A program made the position numbers and the translations under genes. A stretch of 63,112 nucleotides of DNA, filler included, from Choristocarpus tenellus KU-1152 (taxonomy: Eukaryota; Protista; Phaeophyceae), in assembly GCA_964200185.2 (NCBI GenBank). It is 15 parts of 15 records of this genome, joined end to end, with 100 filler letters (N's around TTAATTAATTAA, not from the genome) between each part and the next. Parts side by side here need not be neighbours in the genome. Positions count along the whole stretch, not along the records: positions 33,049 to 41,197 come from CAXNAD020005077.1; positions 41,298 to 47,348 come from CAXNAD020009067.1; positions 47,449 to 50,404 come from CAXNAD020023380.1; 12 more parts are not named here. One strand, 5' to 3'. The notes beneath the pieces were generated by a model. That model was given only the letters and a program-made list of their open reading frames with translations, ran no database searches and was not told the DNA's origin. Below, one piece after another: positions 35,151 through 47,532 of the stretch. How positions within the stretch are numbered: position 1 is the first letter of the stretch; each line of letters starts with the position of its first letter.

Positions 35151-36310
35151 TTTCAACCAAGTACTGTACAATGCCAATAACTTCCAATAGTACAGTACAC
35201 ACCAAAGCAAGATCGTTCAAAAGACCTTGCAACACATAGCTACCTTCTCAAGCCCTCCTGCACTTATCTCCAACACAGAAGCCAAACAAAAACAAAAAGA
35301 AACAAACGTGGTCAACACTTATCGCATCAACAGTACCGCCATCCACTTTCCACCTCCAAGTACATAATTGAAGGACTGGTACAGACTACTACTACTACTA
35401 CTACTACTACTACAATTGATACTAGTAGTAGTAGGACTAGTAGCATCATACACTACTGTCCCTCTGGATGGATGCAGAGTGCTCATCACAGGGTCTTTAT
35501 CACAGGTGCTCAGGAAAACCCTTCAACAATTACATTCAAAAGTCGAAGCAACGGAGAGGACAGCTGGGGGGTCAAACTGGCTCTATTTCAATCCCCAAGA
35601 CATGCCAATTGAAGGCCTTCAAATCGTCTCAAGCACCGCTGTGGCGAAGCAGCAGGGCCAACGCAGTACTAAAAAAAAAAAAGCCTTGGAACTCGAGAGT
35701 TGGGAAGAGCGTCATTGACATAATAAACCCAAGTCATTGACATGATGAACCCAAGCGGAATTGAACGCCAACCAACAATATACAAAGGGGTTTGTTTGTC
35801 AGGTGGCATTTCAGGGGGAAATCGAGAATAATCTTTAAGAGGATGGGCTATCGCCATCTAAACTACTACTGGAAAATCTACTGGAAAATCTAGACCTGTG
35901 GAGAGGAGAGTGAAGGGGTAGAGCTAGGAAAAAAAAAAAAAAAGCACTCTATGCGTCCCTTACGGGACAGGATCGAGACTGTTCCCACACATCATGGAGA
36001 AAAACATGAAAAATAAGTAAGGGTGAGGATGGTGAGAAACGCCATAGCACGAAGGGCCAAACTTCCCCTTTCTACAGTGATTGGCAAGGAAGTAAACCAG
36101 CTCTACAGAAAACCTACATCAAATGTACCCACCCAAAAAAACACACACACACACAAAACTCCACCCACAGCATTCCCATCCCGATTTCCTTGCAGACAAA
36201 TTTGTAAACTTAGGCTTAGGGCTTTACCCTACTGTAACACCAACCCACAAAAACATCCATCTAGACCCATCCAACTCCCTCTCCACAGTCTAGGATCGTT
36301 TTGCTCTCAC

Positions 36311-36571
36311 CAGATCGCCATAGGACTCGTCAGCGACAGCGAAGAGGTGAGGGGGCAAGGCATCGTCGGCTTCAGAACCAGGTCGTACCCCTCCTCCACC
36401 TCCTCTCCCTCTCCTACCCCCACTCTCCTCAGGCCCTACTTCCCCTCCCCCCTCCCCGTCGACTCCCCCACCTGATCCATGGTACTCCAGCATGGTCTCC
36501 TCTGAGTACAGACCTTCAATCCAAACATAGGGGTTGATTGACACCAGAACAGGACCCACCAAGGTGTACAC
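36311..36571 (-). CDS. Myosin exon 4
   Basis: VYTLVGPVLVSINPYVWIEGLYS...LPPHLFAVADESYGDL; AG/GT bounded, phase 0. Confidence 0.93.
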
Positions 36572-37390
36572 CTGTTGAGGAGGTGACAGATATTGGGGGT
36601 TGGGGTCAGCTAGCTACTGCAGAACATAGTACCTCAGTGTACTACATGCCGCTTTGAAGAAGCATCATCCCTCCCTCCACTATGCAGCACTACTACCATA
36701 GTATACTGGAGGATCAACATTAATTAAAATTCACCGGGGTTCTTTTAAACAAAGCACGCATAGACTCTCCTCATTGTTCACCCTTCCAAATCTATACAAA
36801 CCCCCTTGGAAAAGCAAGCAAGAACACATCGTAAGCGCATTGAAAAAGCACCTAGTTTGCCTGAATCGGGTCGGTTCGACACATCAAAAATACAGTGGTG
36901 AGAAGAAATTCAACACCTTCCCACGGTAGTCAGTCACTCACACTCTGTCATAGATGTAAGTACTAACATCCAAGCCAAATAAACAAATGAACATTTTACT
37001 CCCACTAACCTTTGCCAATGATCTTGGGAAAAAAAAAATTGTAATCCCAAACTCACCAACACGTTCCAAGGGTACCCACCACAACAGCTTTCATCCCCCA
37101 CACTACCTTTGATGCCCCGCACACAAGTTGACACAAAACCCAAATTCATGCCACGCAACCCTTCAGCGTTGACAAACTGAACCTATCTCATTGCACAGCT
37201 CCAAACCTACACTGGCGCAAACTGAACCTATTGGATGTGTCCAAACCATCTTTTTCTTGGCAACATTGCATCACGTCCAGCACCACCTCCGGCACCACCT
37301 CCGGCACCCAAAAGACATCACTTCACCACCCATCAAGCCATAATCGGTAGTGCACACTTTGTTGTGGCACACATGAGACATATCCCCCAC

Positions 37391-37520
37391 CTCGTCATTG
37401 TTGAAACGAACTCGGAGCGTGTGCAGTAGGGACGCCTCGGTGAGGTCTGACAGACAAAGGACATCAGGAACGCCTTCCAAGTCCTTTTGTCCCACACGCC
37501 GCAGCGTATTTGCTTTTATC
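37391..37520 (-). CDS. Myosin exon 3
   Basis: GVPDVLCLSDLTEASLLHTLRVRFNNDE, the motor-domain start motif. Confidence 0.92.
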
Positions 37521-38801
37521 CTAGGTTAAAAACACACATGGGCATTGATAAAGAGTTACACATAGACTCCCAGATTGCACCACCTGTAGTGGCAAATTTG
37601 TATAGTAGGTCTTGGCAATGACAGCGGTTTTCACATCCACTATATTGGGTCAACGTAAGTGTCCAGCACAGGGTCTCACACCTCAAGTCCAAACAGAGAT
37701 CAAGCCTAAATTACTCTTTCTCACACAGTGTGTGTGTCGGGCAGTGAATTTTCTATTCCTAAATCTGACCAGTGTCTTGGGTGACTGGGAGGCCTAGATC
37801 AAAAGCACCAGTGCTGAACCGGTGCTGAATTTTGTGTGGACGGTAAGGAGAAAATTTGTATGTCCTACATACCCCTATCTCTCTGCACCTAAATAAGTGA
37901 CTGGGACCATCCAGAGCTACAGGGACTGGAAAAAATACAGTAAGTGGGTACTGGGCTATGACTCCCTTCTCCCTAAGCTGCAATAGGATACCACATATGC
38001 CACTACTACTTTACAGTACTACCTCCCACTGAATATGCTGTAGCCCCCCCCTATCCCCGCTCCTTCCCTGGAAGGGATGTAGCACAATATTAATATATCT
38101 TGCTTCACTATCAGAGCAGATCACAGGGGAAAGTCACTTAGGATCACACCCTAAATCACGCCTCAAATAATCAGCAAAGAGACCATTATGTACATGCATG
38201 TTCAGTACAGTGCACACCTAAAAAAGGGAAAATCCTTCCAGGAAAATCAAACTACAGAGTACCACTTGAAATGACACTAGCAAGCTATACACTGGAGAAA
38301 GCAGCAACAACCTTCCTCCAAAGAGATAGGCACTGCTCCTACAAGCGCCGCTGCTCTACATCTGCATTTGGCAGGATAATTTAGCTGGTCATGCCTGACC
38401 GCAAAATAAAGCATCAGATATCATTAACTGCAGTGCTTCCGCAAACAGTGGCAAATGATCTCCCATCACAAGATGGCAGGACTACCCACTGCAAGTTAGG
38501 AGACGCCCATGAGTCTGAAAGGACTGTGCCTATCCACTTCCAGTGGGAGTCAGGAGGGGGAAGGCAAGGAGGAATTTCTTGCAAGAATAGTGTCTCTTCG
38601 AGCATTGAAGGCAAGCTCAGCAATAAAAAAGTATACTTTGGTGGACAGGGCACAGCCACTCCTGGCATCATTTGCTTTTGAAGAGTCCTTTCCGCTAGAG
38701 CACTATAGCCTTGCCTCCTGCGAATGGCTCCGACACTGTGACCCCAACCCATTTTTCTCTTCCCTCAGAAAAAGGGGTGGGCTGGGGGATGGGGGGCTAA
38801 C

Positions 38802-38937
38802 CTGTGTATTTCTCCATCTCCTGTCTTAATAAGCACCAAGTCTTCCGCGTCGGGTACCGGCTGCAAGACGGTGGCCGGCATGTAAAGCCAACGCGCAGCG
38901 TATCCGCTGTCCACTCGGACCTTCGCATCCACTCCCG
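38802..38937 (-). CDS. Myosin exon 2 (N-terminal SH3-like region)
   Basis: WLYMPATVLQPVPDAEDLVLIKTGDGEIH; intron phases (1 and 2) join exons 1 and 3 exactly. Confidence 0.75.
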
Positions 38938-39173
38938 CTGCAGTCGTTCGTGTCGTGAGGGGGAAACAGGGTCCAGCATTGGATTATCAAAACCACTATG
39001 GTGGAGAACTTGGGCAACGAAAATACTCCAGCTGTGGTATGTGCGGGCTGGAGTCAGTCTGTCCTCAACAAGTCCAGAGTCATGATGCAACAATCAAATA
39101 GGCCAAACTTCTTGGTAACAGGATTGATAAGGAACTTAACGCTAGCCAATCCACTATACAACAAAACCCTCAC

Positions 39174-39381
39174 ATTTCCCCTTGCTTCGGGCAATCTCTT
39201 GGGATGGATCAAAGAACACCAGTTCCTCCTCCTTTCCAGTTGCAAGGCTAATGGCTTTGACTCCTGAAGCCCGAGCCCTAGGATTAGACATGGCGGCCTG
39301 CGAAGACCCAGGAACTTGTGTGGGAGAACCTTTCGATCCACTACTTCCCCTTGATCCCTTGCTCCGCCTTCGAGAGGACAT
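39174..39381 (-). CDS. Myosin exon 1
   Basis: ATG MSSRRRSKG...ELVFFDPSQEIARSKGK then T|GTGAGG; phase-compatible with exon 2. Confidence 0.7.
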
Positions 39382-39529
39382 TGAATTTTTCGTCCTTAGC
39401 GCCTAGAGGAGCGTACATACGAAGAGATGGCTGCTATCAAGCACAGTGATGCTCGAGGATCGAAGATAAGCAATCCAAGGCACAGGTACTAAAGACAATC
39501 TAAGGCAAAAGAATCCAAACAAATCACCA

Positions 39530-39770
39530 ACAGAGAAAGGGGATCATTCTGTGCTTCGTTCACTGACAGCAACCAAAGACAAAATACGGTGCTTTCAGTG
39601 AAGAGCAATTGAATGGGAAGGGCTCACCCACTTCTACCTTCACGGATGAAAGGGGGTCCTTCTGTGCTTCGTTCATTAACGGTAACCAAAAAAGTGAAGA
39701 ATACTAGTGTGCTTTTGGTGAAGAGGAAGCGATTGGGACGGACATGCTCGTTGCTACCTTCACGGATGAC
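39530..39770. repeat. Diverged tandem duplication, about 113 bp x 2
   Basis: TTCTGTGCTTCGTTCA...AACCAAA...GTGAAGAG...CTACCTTCACGGATGA occurs twice. Confidence 0.75.
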
Positions 39771-40318
39771 GGGTTCTCCACATAACCTAGTTCACGAACC
39801 CACAGGTTGTTCTTTTTCTAATCTCACCTAGTGCACCAGACTCCACTCCGAGGGTAGCACCCTCTTTTCAGGGTTGAGAACAAGGGAGTATACCCTGTTT
39901 GTTACTTACTTTTTGAGTGTGTCGCGCACTTCGAATAGTTTTTGAATCGCCGAGCCCGCCACATCTTTTTTCAATTCCCTTGAAATCCCTACAATTAATG
40001 GTGGCATTGGTAAGTTGGTATTATTGCCCTTACACATGATTTCTAACCTTACCAGACCAGTGTCGGCAATGCGAATCAGGTAATTGTGTGGTAGCATGGT
40101 TCACTTCAGATAAGGTTAGCAAAGAGAAGCAGTGAGCATTTCGGACCAGAATGACTAAGAAAAAATGCATTTGAGAGGAGGTAAGGATGGATATGGACAA
40201 GTAAGTGTGGAGTAAAGAGGAGAGGGACTCGATAAGAAATAACTCCCCAATTGTCCACTTACTTTTGGAACTGGTCTCTTCAAGAGACCTCAGGGGAACC
40301 TTAGGGGCACCCCAGGAC

Positions 40319-40382
40319 AACCTCACAGGAACCTCAATAGGAACCTCAATAGGAACCTCAATAGGAACCTCAATAGGAACCT
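40319..40382. repeat. 12-bp tandem repeat (GGAACCTCAATA x about 5)
   Basis: Seen directly. Confidence 0.9.
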
Positions 40383-41132
40383 GTCACTCTGGAGATCCTG
40401 CACCGTGCATGCAAATGGTATAGTAGTAGATGGTATGGCAATGAATGGTATGATAGCTGAAAACATTGCTTTCCACACCTCCGCCTTTAATCTCTCTTGT
40501 GTGGGGTGGGGGCTCTCTTTTTTCAGTGTTTTGAATAGCACTTCATGATCTCAGTTCAAATATAACTGAGAAATATCCCAGATTATGACCGAGAAAGTTT
40601 AGTTGTTCTGTTGTGACGGACAGGTCCCGTTTCGAGCTGGTCTCAGTTAGATCCACCTCCGTGTGCACACACAAGTGTTTTCCACGCACATTTTTTTGTC
40701 ATTAATTACGCCCAGAGCAGCATCAACCATTGGAGATGTTGTGATATGTTCTAAGGATCTCTGGAACCCTTGTCGTTGAGAGTGAAGAACATGTGACTTC
40801 CAGCGAGCAGATCCGAGATTCCAGATGACTTTTCATCCTTGCACGATTGCTGGTCTCTGAGACTATTTTGCTTGTGCAGTCTGGCTTGCTCTCGCTGCGG
40901 ATTCCCTCGCCCCACTATGCTTGTCAAGCGCTGACTAGTTCAAGTTGTGGGGGTTTCTATTGGGTCCAAGTGAGCTGTATCATCAATCATTATTGTATCA
41001 TTCATTAGTTTCTTTGCTTAAAATTGCCCTGTGAGGTTATAAGCAACTCGTATATATATATATATACATATATCTTTTGGTTGTGTATGTTATCCTTGTT
41101 TTCTTGTATGCGTGTTGTTCAGATATTCCGTT

Positions 41133-41197
41133 GGCTCAAAGTATCTGGGAGGGGGTGGCGGCTGTCCATTTGGGGTCAATTTTTTCATGTCGCAATT
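41133..41197. mobile_element. MITE family A end at contig end
   Basis: GGCTCAAAGTATCTGGGAGGGGGTGGCGGCTGTCCATTTGGGGTC. Confidence 0.88.
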
Positions 41198-41297
41198 NNN
41201 NNNNNNNNNNNNNNNNNNNNNNNNNNNNNNNNNNNNNNNNNTTAATTAATTAANNNNNNNNNNNNNNNNNNNNNNNNNNNNNNNNNNNNNNNNNNNN

Positions 41298-41461
41298 GAC
41301 GGGGGACGGGGGGTCTACACCAGGGTGTCCACTCAGACCTTGACCAGGAGAAGTGCACCTACATTATCCTTCTGACGCATGCAACCAAATCACCCAAAAA
41401 TTGCGACATGGAAAAATGGGCCCCAAATGGACAGCCGTCACCCCCACAGATACTTTGAGCC
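41298..41461. mobile_element. MITE family A (near full length) at contig start
   Basis: GTCTACACCAGGGTGTCC...CCAAATGGACAG...CAGATACTTTGAGCC. Confidence 0.88.
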
Positions 41462-41682
41462 TCAGGCGGACACAACCAAGAGCAGTTGATAATCTCAGGA
41501 GGAAAAACTATGCAACACAGTAGAAACCTATGTCAACTGTAAATAATAGGAAAAAATCATCGAGGAGAGCAATAGTGGAATGCCATTACAGCAGGAAGGG
41601 GCAACAAGATACCGCCAACCGGCCAGTGGGATGGGGCAAGGCGGAATACTACAACCCAATAGCTTATTGTAGTGGTGTTCAC

Positions 41683-41835
41683 CTCCTCTCCATCAAGCTT
41701 CAGAGAAATGTCCTGAGCTTTAGCCTTGAAGTCAATGAGGTCCTTGGTAAACCCTTCTGGCACCGGAATATAAACACACACAACCTCCGAGTCCTGGTTC
41801 CACCAATAACGTTCTGATGTTCCATTGTAGTACAC
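41683..41835 (-). CDS. CS (p23/NudC-like) domain protein exon
   Basis: YYNGTSERYWWNQDSEVVCVYIPVPEGFTKDLIDFKAKAQDISLKLDGEE matches the CS-domain Y.W.Q...EV...P motif; AG/GT bounded, phase 0. Confidence 0.8.
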
Positions 41836-42203
41836 CTATCATTTTTCGTTGTTGGAATTGAGTAAAAAAGGTGTGTACTGGTAGCATCTACTCCAGACTA
41901 CCAGCTGGGTTCAAACAAGGGCTAAGGTCAGGGATTTGGATAGCTGCATTTACGTAAGATGGACTGAGTCCTGCAATACATGTGCTGTGCTCTTTGGTAA
42001 CAGTTCCTCTAGACAAGTCTGTGATTCACAATGTGTTAGTGTGCTTTGGATGGATACAATGGAGAGTTGTTTTAGCAGGGCAGTAATATGCCGCAGAGCC
42101 TACCTATGCTGTACAGCGAGAAACTCGACATCAGCAGTGGGAGGACCAGACGTAGTCCCAAATAGTGACGACTCAGGGCTGCTACTCAAATCTGGCTGCA
42201 TAC

Positions 42204-42311
42204 CTCACTGGAAACTAAAGGGGGGAAGCTGGAGATGTCGAATGGGAACTTAGAATATTCCATGTCAATCACCGATCCCTTGATCAGGAGCATTCTCGGG
42301 TCCATCTTTTC
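42204..42311 (-). CDS. Upstream exon of the CS-domain gene
   Basis: TTCAG|EKMDPRMLLIKGSVIDMEYSKFPFDISSFPPLVSSE|GTATGC, phase 0 on both sides. Confidence 0.6.
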
Positions 42312-43502
42312 CTGAAAAAGTTTTGTGCAGCTAAAGGTCAGGCCGTAGGTCAAGTACACGTGGTTGGGGGTGGGGGAAATCATTTGACATCCTATAGAAA
42401 TAGCACTAGAGTGCCCTTGATTTCACCATGTAGTGCACCAACAGATCCAATGTGCCGATAATCGACTCATACATGAGGAAGGGAGTTTCACATACAATCA
42501 ATGATTTTTCTAGGCACTGCCCTCAATCTTCGTGTGATATAATTCTAATGACTTCCTTGGTAACGTTGGTTTTGTACAGGGATCTACATAATTTTCCTCC
42601 ATACTAGCACTTGAGTTCTATCTCAATGAAGGGAGGTTTATTGGTGTTTCATAGTGGAGGGAAAGTTTCTGTGAGCGTTGTGCCAATCCTTAATGAACAC
42701 TCAGGGTTTGGCAGAGGATCATGATCCCATACATGTGTCATGATCACAGTGCACATTCCTACCACCTACATCATCGTGAAGGTACACAACATGGGAAAAT
42801 GCATCAACATCGTTGCCAGCCTCCAACCGAGGAATATTTCTGCAATTCTCTAGAGAAGGATGGTCTATGTTATCGAGCCCTAGCTTTAGACCTGTTTGTT
42901 GTCCTTGTGAAAAGTGAAAGCTAGGATAATATCGCATGCACAACACTTGGCACTTTTGCAAACCCTTCACAACAGCATTCGAATGCGTGTATTAACTTTT
43001 TCAATTACTCCTACCGAATCCGAATCGCCTTTGCCAAAGACTTCCAATCACCGTATCGTTTGCCCAGTCCGGAGAGAACGATCCCATCGCCTGGTCCAAG
43101 TCTACTGGTGCCATGTCCAGGTCACCCTCCATACCAGGATCACTCACTTCCTCCACTGAGGAAGACAGCAAACGAAGAAACGTAGTCTCCTGCTATGTGG
43201 ATTAACATGCGGGACATTGTCGTGCAGAAGGGGGCAAGAGAAGATTGAAGGGAGTCTGAGACCCATGCGAACAGACACATTGCCTGCCCTAGTCCTTATT
43301 TATCCCCGCCTTCTACTACACTTGCCAACATTAGGACTGGAGGCAAGTCACTACAAGTTTTCGGAAGGAGAAATTATATATTCAATGGAATATTGTGCCT
43401 GAAATATCCTACGAGACTCTGGGATAGGGAGGCTAAGCATTGGGATTGGAAACTTGAGTCATCCCCCGTTGCCAAATATCACGAGTTCAAATTGGGGAGT
43501 AC

Positions 43503-43712
43503 CTTTCGCCACCCCCTGTTGATTGCTGCAGATTTTAGTCCCAAATTTTCTCTATTAAGAGCCGATGTTCCTGAATATCGCGCGGTACTTGGAGACCGTA
43601 CGGCCACAAAGGCGTTGGCATGGTAGCCTGGTGTTGCCAAGATATAAGCGCTGGCAAACACAGCTGTCATGCATGACTGTACCAAGTACACGGGTTTCTG
43701 ACAGCGCACCAT
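43503..43712 (-). CDS. Probable first exon with a heterokont bipartite plastid presequence (likely the CS-domain gene)
   Basis: Hydrophobic stretch, then ANA-FV (ASAFAP-like), then an S/T/R-rich transit-like segment; candidate donor AAG|GTACTC. Intervening exons unresolved. Confidence 0.45.
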
Positions 43713-43949
43713 CAAACGGCCCTTCGGTTACCACCAAGATTCTTTTTGCTATTCACTTGTCTAGCAATTGCCTATCTCCCCCGCTGTTCCTGTTGCGCTC
43801 CCAATGGCCTCCTCTCTATTGTCCAAGCAACAACAGGACTTGTGGTAGTATTAGTCTCCATAAGAGTAGATCACATATTTGAAACACAAAAAAATAAAAA
43901 TATGATTGCAGGTTTGAACACCAGGTCGACTAACAATACACTTTCAAAG

Positions 43950-44313
43950 ATGTACACTTGGGATCATCCTCCCGGCTTGTACACCGTCCCGCCAGCAGAG
44001 GACATAAGCCTGGAAGACTTCACCTCGCTTCCCCTTCAGCGCATAGAGACATACTCGCTTCTCCGCTCTCGGCGAGGTGGTGCAGGGGAATGGACTGGGG
44101 ATAGGGGAGGGTCTGCATCAAACTCTAGCGAACCAAGCCTCGGTGAGTGCAGGAGGAAGATACAAGCGCTACTGGAATTCTCCAAGCGCCACCGCATCCT
44201 ATCAATGCTTGGAAAAGTTGTTGGGTATCTCCATCAAGCTTTTACGCGACTTGAAGTGGAACTAGAAGGCACCTCAGCTTCACTCTCCTTGCACTCAAAG
44301 GAACAACCCCAGG
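43950..44313 (+). CDS. PRIM2: DNA primase large subunit-like, exon 1
   Basis: LYTVPPAEDISLEDFTSLPLQRI matches the PRIM2 N-terminal Y..PP...ISL..F motif. Alternative ATG at 43902; donor phase fits exon 2. Confidence 0.7.
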
Positions 44314-44397
44314 GTCAAAGCTATGACTATTCTCATCCTCCCCCCTATTACGAGACCCTCATTCTCCTACACCCCTGAAACCTAAACCTGGACGCAG

Positions 44398-44597
44398 TCC
44401 CCGAATCAATACTTTTATGTGGACTCAGTCACGAGCCCAGTCACTCCAAGTATCGAAGGGCCGACGTCTGTAGTCACTTCATACTCCGAATGGCCTGCTG
44501 TGGCGGTGACCGTGAAATGCAAGAGTGGTTTGTCCACGCTGAGAAGGTTCTTTTCGAATCTCGTCTGCGCTGGTACCTCAAGGGCACAATGAAAGAG
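44398..44597 (+). CDS. PRIM2: DNA primase large subunit-like, exon 2
   Basis: RRADVCSHFILRMACC...WFVHAEKVLFESR matches R.D.ISHFILRLA.C...WF...E..LF..R. Confidence 0.88.
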
Positions 44598-44845
44598 GTA
44601 AGGCTGTTGCTGGGCAGCGGCAACCTACAGTCCGCCATATATAGCTCTCGCCCTCACTAGTCCTCCAAATTTTCGATCCCCACCCCTAGGGCATACTATC
44701 CCCCCTTGAGATTGCAACGAATGCCAATGTTTACTTATGAGAGGACAAACCAAGCTTGTACCATGGAGCAACGAACTCCCGCCCAGTCTTGTACGTATGT
44801 GAAATTGGTGGAATATATTAAGGAAAATCATTCCAATCGCAACAG

Positions 44846-45289
44846 GGTGACAAGTCACGGCAGAAGACGTTGTTCTCAGATTCCCGATATGAAGCTCTTC
44901 CTTCTTTCTATGGCTTGAATTGGCTGGAGCCTGTCAAAGATGCAGAAGTAGCTAGGGATAAGCCTCTAGGACAAGCCCTTAGAGCCATGTTTGGGACGGT
45001 GACCGATGAACCAGAGAGGGGATGGGGTCAAGGCCAAGATGAAGGTGTGGGTCGGGACGTGCAACTGTCACCTTCTGGTTTTCTGATGTGCCCATATTGG
45101 CGTGCCCTGTCACTAGTCCGATCAAGGCGTGCCATTTTACGTGGAGGGAAGGTCTTCCTTCATATGCAACAGGTCCTGTTGTTAGTGGTCGCACACTTTG
45201 AGGAGAGCTTGAGGGGAGAGATGAAGACGGTTCAGAGGTGCATGCCAGGGGTGGAGTCAGATGAGAGGGTCAAAGACATATTGCAAAAG
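44846..45289 (+). CDS. PRIM2: DNA primase large subunit-like, exon 3
   Basis: FLMCPYWRALSLVRSRRAILRGGKVFL...ESDERV; phase-0 AG/GT boundaries. Confidence 0.82.
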
Positions 45290-45686
45290 GTTAGGGAATT
45301 CGGGTTTATACCTATTTTGCAATGCCTGCAAGCACGATCAACTCTCTCCCTCATATGAATGTGACAAGAAATACTTCAAGACATCTCTTGTTGTTTCTCA
45401 AGATTTTTCTTTTTTTTGTCTTTCATTTTGCACTCAATATACACAAAATTCGAGAATGAATTGTGTGGAACATTAGGAGCCAGGTGCTTCCAGCCGCTCG
45501 CTTTTTTTTCAGCAGTACGGGCCTGACACCTCTCCCTCCATCCTGCTTCTTGTACCCTTCACCTCTGCTCCACCTCACGCTCCCCCATGAACGAGGGTTG
45601 CGAGTTGGCACTTCAAACTTGTGGTCTCTCTTGTTTGTGTTAAGTCCCAAGGCTTGTGATTTACAACCTGACACCCCTTTCCATAG

Positions 45687-45905
45687 GTGAGGCATAGGAT
45701 AGAAGCCCAGCGAGGAGTCAACTTGCATGGTAAACACAGTGGCCTGACCTCCGTACACATCACAAGGGGGAACATCGATGATGTGGCAGCACAGCACTTC
45801 CCTCTGTGCATGAGAAGGGCATTGGGGGTTTTGAGAAGTGTCCACCATCTCAAGTACGACGCACGACTGCAGTTGGTGGCGTTCCTGAGGAACGGTGGTA
45901 TGCAG
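45687..45905 (+). CDS. PRIM2: DNA primase large subunit-like, exon 4 (start of the Fe-S domain)
   Basis: HFPLCMRRALGVLRSVHHLKYDARLQLVAFL matches FPPCM...L...HHL.H.GR.Q..LFL. Confidence 0.88.
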
Positions 45906-47448
45906 GTCTGAAAAATATCTGACCTGCAAGAATATTTGCTTGGGGGGAGGGGTAGAGAGTTGGAGGAGTGCAAAAGCTGTAGATGTTTAGGGTTGCTCAT
46001 AGTACACTGCTCTTAGTCCTTGGAGGATGCAGGAAAGAGGTAGTGATAGACTTGGTCTGGGAGATGAAGTCACACAAAATTGATGGTTACATATATAGAC
46101 CAATCGAATGATACACACTCAGAGTGTACGCAGTCAAGGCAACACAGTCTTATTCACAGCTGAGTGCAGGGCAGTAACATGCGAAGTTTTGTGGGAGTGG
46201 AAGGTGAGACAACCCTGTTGACAGCCTCAACAAGGGATTCCAAGCCCGACCGCAAAGTCTAGTTACGACGTATTAGGACAGATTGTGAACGTGGCCATCT
46301 CGATACTGTCTTGAAATGATGCGACATTGACCAGAAATGGCGTCACGCTGATCAGAACCGACCCGAAATATCAGAGTAACGTAGCACATCTCCAAAAATA
46401 TGTTGATATTGGAAGGCGGTTATTGAAAATAGTAGTAATGAACTGCATGCGTGGGCCACGGTTACGTGCAAGCACCTGAGCCATTTCATACGTGGCAAAA
46501 AGATGCGGCTCCAGAGTTTCTCGGAGTATTTCGGAGCTATTCTCAAGGCTGCACCTCTTTGTCTTGAGAACCGGGGTTTTGCTGAGAAACTGGAAACCAG
46601 TGGAATTTTATTTTGTTTTCTATCTCTCCAAAACTGGCCTCGAGAGCGGGTATCCGTGGTTTTGTTTCTTGTACCTTAGAGCTTTTACTCGGAGGAACAA
46701 AGTGAGATTCCTATACCTCCCGGGAGAGAACTTTCTGACATTTTCTATATTCACTTTTTGGCATGCATATTATGTATGTATATATATATGTATGTATGTG
46801 TGTGTGTGTATGTATGAATATATGTTAAGAGCGAAAGTATCTGCATCTTGATGAGCTCGATCTTAATCCAGGCTCAAAACATTTGCCCAGATAATTGTTC
46901 AACAGATTAAAAAAAAAAATGCAATCATCACCTACCTGTTAGGCAAAAGAGTATCTTGAGGAAAAATCTGGTTTCTTGTTAAGTTCACTGTCTTCGTGGT
47001 ATGAGTTAGAGGGCATTCCCGCAGTACTTTGATTGATTTCTGTAGTACCACATGAATTCCAGAAAAAGACTCAATAAATGGGGGGAATGGTTTATTACTA
47101 GTATTGTTTTGCCAGGACTGAGTCACCTTGAGGAAGTGGGTTCATTATCTCACGCTGCAGCCTCCCCTACACAAAATTGTATACTTCAGAGTAAAGGCTG
47201 GAGAGCAAGCACAACTAAACTCACGGAGGCCAAAATAGCATTTATTTTCACTCTCATGCCTGTGCTTAGAAAAATAAAAAGCGCTTGTTGCATGCAATGG
47301 GAACGAGAGCAGTTGGGGGGGGGGGGGGTGGGGGGGGAATAGATGAGTNNNNNNNNNNNNNNNNNNNNNNNNNNNNNNNNNNNNNNNNNNNNTTAATTAA
47401 TTAANNNNNNNNNNNNNNNNNNNNNNNNNNNNNNNNNNNNNNNNNNNN

Positions 47449-47532
47449 GATAACGTAAATCCCCTTTTCCTGGTTTTTGGTCCAGGGGGCCCCCCTGGGA
47501 AGCCCCCCCCCCCCCCCCAGATACTTTGGGTC
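47449..47532. mobile_element. MITE family A end at contig start
   Basis: TTCCTGGTTTTTGGTCC...poly(C)-AGATACTTTGGGTC. Confidence 0.78.

Noticed and set aside
34492-35239. Long ORFs with poly-Tyr, poly-Leu, Ile-Thr or Asn-Ser tracts
   Set aside because: Translation artefacts of a TAT/TAC microsatellite and a 41-bp repeat inside a myosin intron.
40540-41020. Solo LTR related to 46150-46700
   Set aside because: Only patchy similarity by eye, with no confident TG...CA ends or TSD.
41133-41461. One MITE spanning the linker, implying the two contigs are adjacent
   Set aside because: Both pieces contain the same end of the element in opposite orientations, so they are different copies.
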